From the NCBI GenBank assembly GCA_963778115.1, contig CAVZSV010000003.1, forward strand, positions 1 to 12,566: a stretch of DNA of 12,566 nucleotides, in the 5' to 3' direction. Below, in pieces: positions 1 to 7,517 of this stretch. Position 1 is the first letter of the stretch, and each line of letters starts with the position of its first letter. Made by a program: the position numbers and the translations under genes. The notes below the pieces were generated by a model, which had not been told where the DNA came from, did no database searches, and saw only the letters and a program-made list of their open reading frames with translations. This DNA comes from an uncultured delta proteobacterium. Its GTDB lineage: Bacteria; Bdellovibrionota; FAC87; UBA2466.

Positions 1-202
1 GAGGGCATCCTCCGGGGGTAGTGCACTGTCCGCCCATTCCCCACAGATCAGCGGCCAGACTGACAGTGTCATTGGGATTGACGTCCAAAGCGGTAACCGC
101 GGCGGGATTACCTTGGGCTTGAATTCTTAGCTCCACCGAATTGGTCTCGGCGAAAAGCGGTCTTACCAAAATCAATAATGCAACTACCCACAACCGTTTC
201 AT
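1..202 (-). CDS. Secreted hypothetical protein, N-terminal part only (runs off the window start)
   Basis: Not in the ORF track; translated by hand from ATG at 202: MKRLWVVALLILVRPLFAETNSVELRIQAQGNPAAVTALDVNPNDTVSLAADLWGMGGQCTTPGGCP, open to position 1. Sec-type signal peptide (basic N-region, hydrophobic core, LFA|E). SD AAGGAG at 214-209, 6 nt before the ATG. Confidence 0.8.
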   Translation of the reverse strand, partial: MKRLWVVALLILVRPLFAETNSVELRIQAQGNPAAVTALDVNPNDTVSLAADLWGMGGQCTTPGGCP

Positions 203-241
203 GGCGTTCTCCTTTGTTGTTCTCCCCTTGTCGCTATCTAA

Positions 242-258
242 TGCAAGGGGTGTACCGA
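242..258 (-). promoter_or_regulatory. Putative sigma54 (-24/-12) promoter for the 202..1 gene
   Basis: Minus strand reads TCGGTACACCCCTTGCA, i.e. GG-N10-GC with a TTGCA -12 box, about 40 nt upstream of the ATG. An AT-rich tract (259-292) lies immediately upstream, where IHF sites are typical. Confidence 0.5.
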
Positions 259-493
259 TTCTATTCTTTGAAATCATTAATGAATTTAATAAGTGTAAGG
301 GGCAAAAGGCCTCGGTGCAAGAGCGTGCTCTGGGTATTATTGGGCCAGTCACTTAGCCCCCGAACCCCGGGTACGGAAAAACAAGGGCCGGACTTCAATT
401 TAGTTGTGGCGGAGTTTTTTTGGGGGGGAGCGAATGGGATTAACCCCGCTGCCTCAAGCGTGTTTTGAACGAGAAGGCTACCAGGGGCGCTCC

Positions 494-1873
494 TTATTTG
501 GTTTCGTTCTCGAGCATCCCACGAATCTTCGCAATGTTAACCGGATAGCTTCTGACGAGCAGCCGCACCCCCTCGGGCTCAAACGTCTCTTTTACTACAA
601 ACGCATTCCTGCGAACTTCTCCAATGATCCCCTTTTGATCGTCATACGGAACCACAAACTCCGCGTTCTCCATATCTATCGTTAGAAAATCTCTGATTAT
701 TTTTTTTACCTGTTCGACATGAGCGGGATTCTGGGTCGAGATCTGAATCGCATCGGGAAATTCTCGACTGAGTAAGTGGGTCTGGACCACGTCGAGCAGA
801 TCTACCTTGTTGAGCACCAGACGCGAAGGGATGTCGGTGGCGCCTATCTCCTGTAAAACTGATTTAGTCACCTCTAACTGAGAACGAAAAGTGGGGTCCG
901 AAGCGTCTACGACATAAAGCAGTAGGGAAGCGTCTTTCGCTTCGTCTAACGTTGATCGAAAGGAGGCCACCAAGTCATGAGGTAATTTTTTGATGAACCC
1001 TACGGTGTCCGAAATAAGGATCCGAGGAAATATTTCGGGCTGCAGGGCTCTTATTGTGGTGTCTAGTGTCGCGAAAAGTTTATCGGCCACTAATACTTCA
1101 CTTCCGGTGAGTGCCCTCATGAGTGAAGATTTTCCGGCATTCGTATAACCCACCAAAGCGACTCTAAGTTGCTCGCGCCTTCTTTCCCTGCGATGGGTGG
1201 CGTCTTCGCGAATTTCTTTGAGCTCACTTTGCAGTTCGGCGACGCGATCTCGAATTCTTCGCCGATCTAATTCATACGCCGTTTCTCCCACTCCCTTGGA
1301 TCCGATACCACCCCCTTGGCGCTCACCGGGACCTGTCGCTCGCATCCGAGGGACTAAGTAATTTAATCGTGCGATCTCAACTTGAAGCTTGGCCTCTCTG
1401 GTCTTGGCATGGCGATGAAAAATTTCTACGATGACACCAGTGCGATCTAAGACATCGGCACCTGTCGCCTGCTCTAGATTTTTTTGCTGAAGCGGACTCA
1501 GTTCGTGATCGAAAACGATGTGAGTCGCGAGTTCGTTTCGTGTGGGAAATTCTTCTTGCTCTTCTTCTAACCCTAAATCGGAAGCTTCAGCGCTATCCTC
1601 TTCGGGGTCGGCATCCGCAAAAGCCTCGGCCGCTTTGTGTTTGGGCTTTGAATGCTTAACCACTTCACCGGTTCCACCGGTCCAACTGGCCAACTCTTTT
1701 AGTTTTCCAGCGCCTATGGCAGTTGCAGGAGAAAGAGAAGTTCTTTTCTGGACGAGCGTCCCTATTACTTTAAATCCCAGAGTCTCGACCAACCTCTGTA
1801 ATTCCTTCAAAGACCCTTCGAACTCCTCATCGTCTGTGTGTGGTACGCGAATTCCAACTAGTAGTGCTTTCAT
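494..1873 (-). CDS. hflX: GTPase HflX (ribosome-splitting factor) with an acidic N-domain insertion
   Basis: G1 GYTNAGKS, DKLFATLD, G3 DTVGF, G4 NKVD. HflX N-domain motifs LKELQRLVETLG, IGAGKLKEL, DRTGVIVEIFHRHAKTREAKLQVEIARL and GVGETAYELDRRRIR. Confidence 0.95.
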   Translation of the reverse strand: MKALLVGIRVPHTDDEEFEGSLKELQRLVETLGFKVIGTLVQKRTSLSPATAIGAGKLKELASWTGGTGEVVKHSKPKHKAAEAFADADPEEDSAEASDLGLEEEQEEFPTRNELATHIVFDHELSPLQQKNLEQATGADVLDRTGVIVEIFHRHAKTREAKLQVEIARLNYLVPRMRATGPGERQGGGIGSKGVGETAYELDRRRIRDRVAELQSELKEIREDATHRRERRREQLRVALVGYTNAGKSSLMRALTGSEVLVADKLFATLDTTIRALQPEIFPRILISDTVGFIKKLPHDLVASFRSTLDEAKDASLLLYVVDASDPTFRSQLEVTKSVLQEIGATDIPSRLVLNKVDLLDVVQTHLLSREFPDAIQISTQNPAHVEQVKKIIRDFLTIDMENAEFVVPYDDQKGIIGEVRRNAFVVKETFEPEGVRLLVRSYPVNIAKIRGMLENETK

Positions 1874-1962
1874 TGCTTCAAATGTACTCGAAAGCGATAT
1901 CGAAGGTCATTTCATTTGCTCCAAAGGCGCTTTTTGCCGCTGCGATGCGTAGTAGTGGCTCA

Positions 1963-1990
1963 TTGACAATGCTTACCTAAATCAGAGAAT
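1963..1990 (+). promoter_or_regulatory. Possible sigma70 promoter for the S51 peptidase gene
   Basis: Perfect TTGACA at 1963-1968, a 16 nt spacer and GAGAAT at 1985-1990, in the divergent intergenic region. Confidence 0.3.
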
Positions 1991-2017
1991 GGCTATTAGG
2001 GGATGGGGGGACTAAAA

Positions 2018-2935
2018 ATGGGCTATCATATTGGGAGACGAGCGTCTTCGTCTCGTCAGGGTTTATTTTTCTTTTCATTAGTTCTAATTTTAAATGCGGC
2101 GCCGGGGTTGGCGAGCCAACACCTTTTCTTGGTGGGAGGCGGAAATCCTCCCATGGAGGGGCTCTCTCGACTCTCGAAAGCAGCGGGTGGGGCGAAGGGA
2201 AGTATTCTTTCGATTGCTTGGGCGGGAGGAGTTCCCGATGAATCGACTCCCTGGTTTGCTCAGTGCATTCAAGAAGCCACCAATAATGTGGATTCGGCTC
2301 CCGTAGTGGCTTCAATGTCGGTGGATCAGGTGCGAGCTTCTAAAGCCGATTTTGTGAATCAGCTTAAGAATGCGACGGCGGTTTTCTTCGGCGGAGGAGA
2401 TCAGGCGGAAATCATGAATCTGCTGGGTGACCCGGGCTTTTCGGATCTAGCCGATATGTTAAGGGCTCGTTACGAGAACGGGATGCCTATGGGAGGCACT
2501 AGCGCTGGGATGGCGATTATGTCCCATGAGATGTTCACCGGGAACGAAGATCCGACCATCATCGACGCCAACCAATCAGGTCTATTCCGATTAGGCCTCG
2601 GCGTTTTGCCAGGAGTCATGGTGGATACTCACTTTATTATCCGCCAGCGCGAGAACCGGCTCCTCAGCTATCTTATCGGCCACGACACCACCCTTGGGAT
2701 GGGAATCGATCAAGACGGCTTTGTCGAAGTTACCGATGGAGAATTGGCCGAAGTCATCGGCAATAAGCACGTCATGATCGCCGATATGAAAGAGCATCCC
2801 GGAGAGATTCCGGTGAAGCTATTAAATCCGGGCGACAAGTTTGATCTGGTGCAGCGTCGAAGAATCAGTGAAGGCGTGCCTTTGACTACTCCGGCACCGA
2901 CGTGTTTAGACGCGCATAAAGGGGTCATGCGCTAG
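2018..2935 (+). CDS. Secreted cyanophycinase-like peptidase (family S51, class I glutamine amidotransferase-like fold)
   Basis: LFLVGGG, AVFFGGGDQ, nucleophile motif GGTSAGMA, VDTHFIIRQRENRL (catalytic His region) and GIDQD. Hydrophobic signal-like segment LFFFSLVLILNAAPGLA. ATG 2018 preferred because GGGGGA precedes it; the ORF track starts at 2003. Confidence 0.85.
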   Translation: MGYHIGRRASSSRQGLFFFSLVLILNAAPGLASQHLFLVGGGNPPMEGLSRLSKAAGGAKGSILSIAWAGGVPDESTPWFAQCIQEATNNVDSAPVVASMSVDQVRASKADFVNQLKNATAVFFGGGDQAEIMNLLGDPGFSDLADMLRARYENGMPMGGTSAGMAIMSHEMFTGNEDPTIIDANQSGLFRLGLGVLPGVMVDTHFIIRQRENRLLSYLIGHDTTLGMGIDQDGFVEVTDGELAEVIGNKHVMIADMKEHPGEIPVKLLNPGDKFDLVQRRRISEGVPLTTPAPTCLDAHKGVMR

Positions 2936-3033
2936 AGATCCCTCAATTATCGTATTTTTCGCATAATGTAGCCCGATAACGGCAAATCTTTTTCACAATC
3001 TTCTCCGATAATAAACTGTCTGGGAGGATTGTC

Positions 3034-4326
3034 TTGCCGTCACCTTTCGCCCCCGCACAACTCGAAAAACGGATGCGCCAGATTAAAACCCGGTGTTCCC
3101 GCATGGCGCGCCGAAATGCTTCGTCCTGGGTGCAGTATCTTCCCTCGCACGTCGCCAACCATATCATCCGTTCCACCATTTCGGTGCCGACTTCGTCCGG
3201 TGATCTAACGCTTAAGATTGCCCATACGAACGAGGAGTTAGAGTCGGCCTTTAGACTCTTGCACGCTTCGTATGTCGATGCAGGGCTGATGCGGCCTGTC
3301 GCGGCAAAGATGCGGGTCACCAAATACCACTTACTACCCACGACCACCATTGTGATAGCCCAGCATCTAGGAAAGACGATTGGAACGCTTTCCATCGTTC
3401 AGGAAGGGGCTTTTGGTCTGCCGATAGACAAACTGTGCCCTAGGCGCACTCTTTTTCCCAAAGCACATCGGGCGGCCGAAATTTCTGCGCTCGCGGTGGA
3501 TAGAGAGTATCGTCTCTCACCAGGGCGCGTTCTGTTTCCTCTTACCAAATTTATGTGGGAATACGCGGACAGGTATTTAGGGCTGGATTATCTTTTTGCC
3601 GCAGTAAATCCGAAACACGCCCCTTTTTATGAAGCGATCTTACTCTTTAAACGCTTACGATTTACGACGAAGCAGTACGATTTTGTAAACGGTAACCCAG
3701 CACTTGGCGAAGTCTTAGATATCAAAGCGGCTCATACGCGTTATCAAAAGGTCTATTCGGGGAAAGAGCCCGCGCGTAATCTCTATCGATATTATACGGA
3801 AAATCAGCATCAAGGATTTCTGTTTCCCGATCGCAAAGTGCCCAAAGCTTTCCACGGAGGCATGAATCCGGAATTTATGGAGAAGCTCTTTGCCGAGGAG
3901 AATCCCTTGGTCACTTTAGATGACTATGAGCTAGAGCTTCTCAATCACGTTTTCCAATCTTCAAAGCATCAAGACAGCATTCCTCGTCCCAGGGTGATGG
4001 GGCGTGTTCCCGTGCGAATGGAGACTCGCTATCCGATCCATTGCGTGGGAACGCTAGAACTTCAAAAAGGAAAAGTAGCTCCCCTTAAGGTGATAGACGC
4101 TTCGTTAAGAGGCCTAAGAGCAGCTTCGCCCGTAGCCCTGCGACCGGGAGAGGAAGGGCTGTGCCATCTTAGATTAGCAGAGGGTGCTTCGGTGGATCTA
4201 AGAGTTAAACTCGTTCGAAATAGCGGAATCGGCAGCTATGGGTTCAAAGTGCAGTCAGGATCTCCAACCTGGAAAGACCTATTAGAAAAGCTTGCCGAGA
4301 ATTACCAAAGCGCGAAAGTATACTGA
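3034..4326 (+). CDS. N-acyl amino acid synthase (FeeM-like GNAT) fused to a C-terminal PilZ domain
   Basis: FeeM-type motifs LKIAHTNEELESAFRLLHASYVDAG, IGTLSIV, GLPIDK, AEISALAVDREYR and AVNPKHAPFYEAILLF. C-terminal PilZ signature RxxxR (RMETR, 4015-4029) and DxSxxG (DASLRG, 4096-4113), followed by a beta-rich segment ending GFKV. GGAGG at 3023-3027 precedes the TTG start. Confidence 0.85.
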   Translation: MPSPFAPAQLEKRMRQIKTRCSRMARRNASSWVQYLPSHVANHIIRSTISVPTSSGDLTLKIAHTNEELESAFRLLHASYVDAGLMRPVAAKMRVTKYHLLPTTTIVIAQHLGKTIGTLSIVQEGAFGLPIDKLCPRRTLFPKAHRAAEISALAVDREYRLSPGRVLFPLTKFMWEYADRYLGLDYLFAAVNPKHAPFYEAILLFKRLRFTTKQYDFVNGNPALGEVLDIKAAHTRYQKVYSGKEPARNLYRYYTENQHQGFLFPDRKVPKAFHGGMNPEFMEKLFAEENPLVTLDDYELELLNHVFQSSKHQDSIPRPRVMGRVPVRMETRYPIHCVGTLELQKGKVAPLKVIDASLRGLRAASPVALRPGEEGLCHLRLAEGASVDLRVKLVRNSGIGSYGFKVQSGSPTWKDLLEKLAENYQSAKVY

Positions 4327-5612
4327 TACGTAGCGTAAACTTGGCTCGCATTCTTTAACATCTCAAAGGCTGAATTGACGTTAGACGACTGGATGAGATG
4401 CGCCCCTAATCCCAATGACATGTCCTGTTGAAAATTCCATGCTACTTCCGGTGTTAATAGCGAAGAAAAGTACGGAAAGCCAATCGTCGCATTTAATGAA
4501 ATCATGAAGTCTTTAAATGTCTCGTTGGTGAGTCTAACGGTCGCTAAATAATTCATTTGCCCGTTGGGATACTCGGTATGGGTACCCGTAAATTCGCTAT
4601 AGAGTTTCAAATGCTTCGAAAAGACATAATCGAACCCCGATCCCACTCGAATGCGATTCTCATAGGGAAGTTGTGTGGGATCTCCGCCCGGGGCAACGGT
4701 TACGGAGGCAGGGTACCGGTGGGGCTCTAGGTAAGTAAAAAGACGGAAGATGGCCGCTTCAGTTCCATAGGTGGCAAAAGCGCCCAATGTGACAGTCCTG
4801 CCGTAAACCTCGGTGATGGGGATAGTCGAAGCACTGGGAGGGCCTGCTACAAAAGTAGGGGTTCTCTGATGGCCCCGATAAGCCAAGAAAGAAAGTTCAA
4901 GACCACTATCAAAATCTAGATGATAGCGCACTCCCGCTTCCACTTCGGCAAGCGTTTGGGGAATGCTGCTCGTTGATATCATAGCTGACAGAGGGGCAAC
5001 TTGGTTGGCCAAATACGGATAGAGTCCGTAACCGTTATCCCCAACGGGAAGCCTATGGGTCACCGGTAGCGGAACGAACAAATATTCGAGAGTTCCCCCA
5101 AAAAGTTTGTGATTAAGGTAAACCGCCGCTTCCGGAACTATGATCTCTTTATTGGTGCCAAAGCCGCCGAACCTAAGATCTAAAGGAGTCATAATGTCGC
5201 TGGTTAACGGCGAAAGCGACTCGATCCAATCGATCTGCATGATTCCTGTTTTCATCCGGACCTTATCGCCCAGCCAATCCATGTAGAGCTGGCGAATTTC
5301 ACCTTCAAAGAGCTCGTTATGGGTGACCGCCGAAGAGTAATGAGGGAGGAACGAGGCATTAATTCCCGATTCCGCGGTTTCTACACGACCTCTTAAATCC
5401 ATTACGGTCGAAAGCGTTCGAGAGAGAGGGACGGTCTCTTTCGCGTGAATTTCATAACGGTTGTGGCGCAAGATATCTTGAGTCGTGAAGTAACTAGTAA
5501 AGTCGTCGAGCTCGATCGAAAGCGAGGGCTTATCGGCTGCGGAAACCACTAGACTGGCGACGGCCAAGCTGACTACAAGAAGAAACTTAATTTTTGGATT
5601 AATCCCGCGCAA
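4302..5612 (-). CDS. Outer-membrane beta-barrel protein (DUF1302-like, usual partner of LolA-like carriers)
   Basis: Signal peptide KIKFLLVVSLAVASLVVSA, alternating amphipathic strands, EIRQLYMDW...KTGIMQIDW...SPLTSDIMTPLDLR motif and an aromatic C-terminal strand YATYQYTFALW. In-frame TTG at 5612 overlapping the upstream gene end is the likely start; the ORF track gives 5684. Confidence 0.7.
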   Translation of the reverse strand: MRGINPKIKFLLVVSLAVASLVVSAADKPSLSIELDDFTSYFTTQDILRHNRYEIHAKETVPLSRTLSTVMDLRGRVETAESGINASFLPHYSSAVTHNELFEGEIRQLYMDWLGDKVRMKTGIMQIDWIESLSPLTSDIMTPLDLRFGGFGTNKEIIVPEAAVYLNHKLFGGTLEYLFVPLPVTHRLPVGDNGYGLYPYLANQVAPLSAMISTSSIPQTLAEVEAGVRYHLDFDSGLELSFLAYRGHQRTPTFVAGPPSASTIPITEVYGRTVTLGAFATYGTEAAIFRLFTYLEPHRYPASVTVAPGGDPTQLPYENRIRVGSGFDYVFSKHLKLYSEFTGTHTEYPNGQMNYLATVRLTNETFKDFMISLNATIGFPYFSSLLTPEVAWNFQQDMSLGLGAHLIQSSNVNSAFEMLKNASQVYATYQYTFALW

Positions 5613-6354
5613 AATTTTCTTTATCAAAGAGGAGATCGGGGAGTGAAGTCTTCTTCGCTTCCGAGAACACCAGGTTGGTGACATGATCCTTTTGTAAAAA
5701 GTCTTGGAGCACTAGACGTGTCGGTCTTTGAACCCCCAATACGTTTGCGAACTTATCGAAAAAACCTTCACGCAGCGTTTTCCCTGAAGTGGTTTGGTAA
5801 AGTGCTTTCAAAGGTCGATGCGTATCGGCTTCAATCCAATATTCCACTCTATCGTAAGTGACCGGTTTGTCTTCAATGGCGATTAGGTCTAGCACGATGG
5901 CTTTTTTGTCTTTGAATTTGTCCTCCCGGACAAACTTGGCGGTGTAATTACCCTCGAAGCTTAATCGGACGATGTCCCCGTAAGCCGCATTTCCCATCAC
6001 CTTTTGGCGAGGGGCGATTCGAATGGGTTTTGAGGTCGAAGGGACATAGATCCACATCTGTTCGTCGACCATAAGAGCTTTAGTCCCTTTGTCGGCAATG
6101 GGAGTAAGAAAACGCACCAAAGACTTATGGCGTCCTTTGACTAGTGTTTCGTAAGTATGCTCTTCCTTCTTGTTGTTCTTTTCATCGACTAAAAGGACAT
6201 GTACCTGATAGTCGTCTTGCGGGTTTCGGATGAATTCCGCCTCGTGCAACAGCTTGGCGGGATCTACCCCTGCAAAGAGGGTGTTCGACGCTAGAAGCAC
6301 CAAGGCAGCCGTCAAAGTATTTTGGCCTAAAACAAAGCGGGAGAATATTCTCAA
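5599..6354 (-). CDS. Outer membrane lipoprotein-sorting (LolA-like) periplasmic protein
   Basis: Signal peptide ending LFA, then SLVRFLTPIADKGTKALM, QMWIYVPSTSKPIRIAPRQKVMG...YGDI, YDRVEYWIE, GKTLR and LPDLLFDKENF, all typical of the LolA_like family. TTG at 6354 is 8 nt from GGAG (6366-6363), a better spacing than the TTG at 6360. Confidence 0.85.
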   Translation of the reverse strand: MRIFSRFVLGQNTLTAALVLLASNTLFAGVDPAKLLHEAEFIRNPQDDYQVHVLLVDEKNNKKEEHTYETLVKGRHKSLVRFLTPIADKGTKALMVDEQMWIYVPSTSKPIRIAPRQKVMGNAAYGDIVRLSFEGNYTAKFVREDKFKDKKAIVLDLIAIEDKPVTYDRVEYWIEADTHRPLKALYQTTSGKTLREGFFDKFANVLGVQRPTRLVLQDFLQKDHVTNLVFSEAKKTSLPDLLFDKENFARD

Positions 6355-6382
6355 GGGCAAGGCTCCAATATAGTTGGCCTCT

Positions 6383-6412
6383 AATGTAGTTTACCCGTGA
6401 ATAATTCGTCAA
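6383..6412 (-). promoter_or_regulatory. Possible internal sigma70 promoter for the LolA-like and beta-barrel genes
   Basis: Minus strand TTGACG-N18-TACATT in the roughly 80 nt gap between the nitroreductase stop and the LolA-like start. Confidence 0.3.
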
Positions 6413-6437
6413 AGGAGATTGCGGTGCCAAAACGTTC

Positions 6438-7517
6438 TTAGCGGAGAAGCCCTTCGACATCGAGTCGCAGACATTGCTTTTCGGGGGGAAGGGGATCGGA
6501 AATTCCCGTGCGTAGCATCCATACCGGCAATTGCTGAGAGGAAAGGGAAAAAGCCCCTTGGATGACAGATAGACTGTCATGGAGCAGGGCGTAAGCTGGG
6601 TCTTGGGCTTTAACGGAACCGGTGGCTCGATCGTACAAAGAGAGCGAAGAAAGGGTCATCGGCTGGGCAGCGTAGCCGTGAGCCGTCAGTCTTAACCAGG
6701 CTCTAAGCGCCAAACGTCCTACTGAAAAAAGTGCCCAAGCCGAAGGCTTTTCGGTGGTCCACAGGACCAACCCTGCCGAAGAGCGGACCTGTTTGACGGT
6801 CACTTTCTGACTCTGAGAAATAAAGCCTGCTTTATTCATTAGCTGCTGGGTTCCAAAAGATCGACACAGCTTTAGGACCCGTGACTCGGGGTAAGTGATC
6901 CCTAGAGTCTTCCACGGCATTCCGTCCTTGGTGGCCCAAACCTCTTTGTCGGAAAAACGGATCCAACGCATCAGATCGCCGTGGGCGATTTCATCGTTCC
7001 AAACACAATTTTCCGTGAGAGAGAGGGTTTGCAAAAGTTCTGTCGAGCACTGCGCTTGGGGCAACTGGCAATAGCGCACGTGCGGGAATTTTTTCGCGTC
7101 TTCCGCCATCTGTTGATAAACAGCGCTATTCATATCGCCGCCCCGATACGATCTGCGATCGGTGGCTCTTTGCTTGATGGTGGAAGCCAGGGGGTGTGGC
7201 TGTTCCGTTGAAGGAGTGAAAGTAACCGTTGCCCAAGGTCCAGCCGAGGAGGGTGGTTCTGTTTCGAAGGTAGTAGTCACTTGCGTAGCGAGCCCATGCG
7301 CAGAAGAGGCCAGGCTAAACGCTTCGATGAGGCAACCCAAGCTAATAAGTGAAGCGTGGTTGTTTCTATTAAGAGCATGTGCCCCCCGCGATTCGTCATG
7401 TAAGATCTCAAGCCGTTCGGGGTGACTCCGGAAATACCAGGGTTGGCAGTTATCCCCACTAGGAATACGAGTGGCCACTTCTAAAATTTCTAACAAAATA
7501 CGGCGATCGGGTGTCAT
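6438..7517 (-). CDS. Nitroreductase-family FMN-dependent oxidoreductase (Acg-like long form found with ThiF enzymes)
   Basis: PSGDNCQPW, ISLGCLIE, IKQRATDRRSY, ELMRWIRF-like DLMRWIRFS, GRLALRAWLRLTAHGYAAQP and MLRTG. ATG at 7517 overlaps the ThiF stop as ATGA, so it is the likely start; the ORF track extends to 7613. Confidence 0.85.
   Translation of the reverse strand: MTPDRRILLEILEVATRIPSGDNCQPWYFRSHPERLEILHDESRGAHALNRNNHASLISLGCLIEAFSLASSAHGLATQVTTTFETEPPSSAGPWATVTFTPSTEQPHPLASTIKQRATDRRSYRGGDMNSAVYQQMAEDAKKFPHVRYCQLPQAQCSTELLQTLSLTENCVWNDEIAHGDLMRWIRFSDKEVWATKDGMPWKTLGITYPESRVLKLCRSFGTQQLMNKAGFISQSQKVTVKQVRSSAGLVLWTTEKPSAWALFSVGRLALRAWLRLTAHGYAAQPMTLSSLSLYDRATGSVKAQDPAYALLHDSLSVIQGAFSLSSQQLPVWMLRTGISDPLPPEKQCLRLDVEGLLR

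Noticed and set aside
141..685. Short plus-strand ORFs 141-356, 178-468 and 404-685
   Set aside because: They overlap better-supported minus-strand genes or a promoter region and have no recognisable motifs.
3034..4326. LuxI-type acyl-homoserine lactone synthase / quorum-sensing pair
   Set aside because: The motifs fit FeeM-like synthases rather than LuxI, and no LuxR regulator is in the window.
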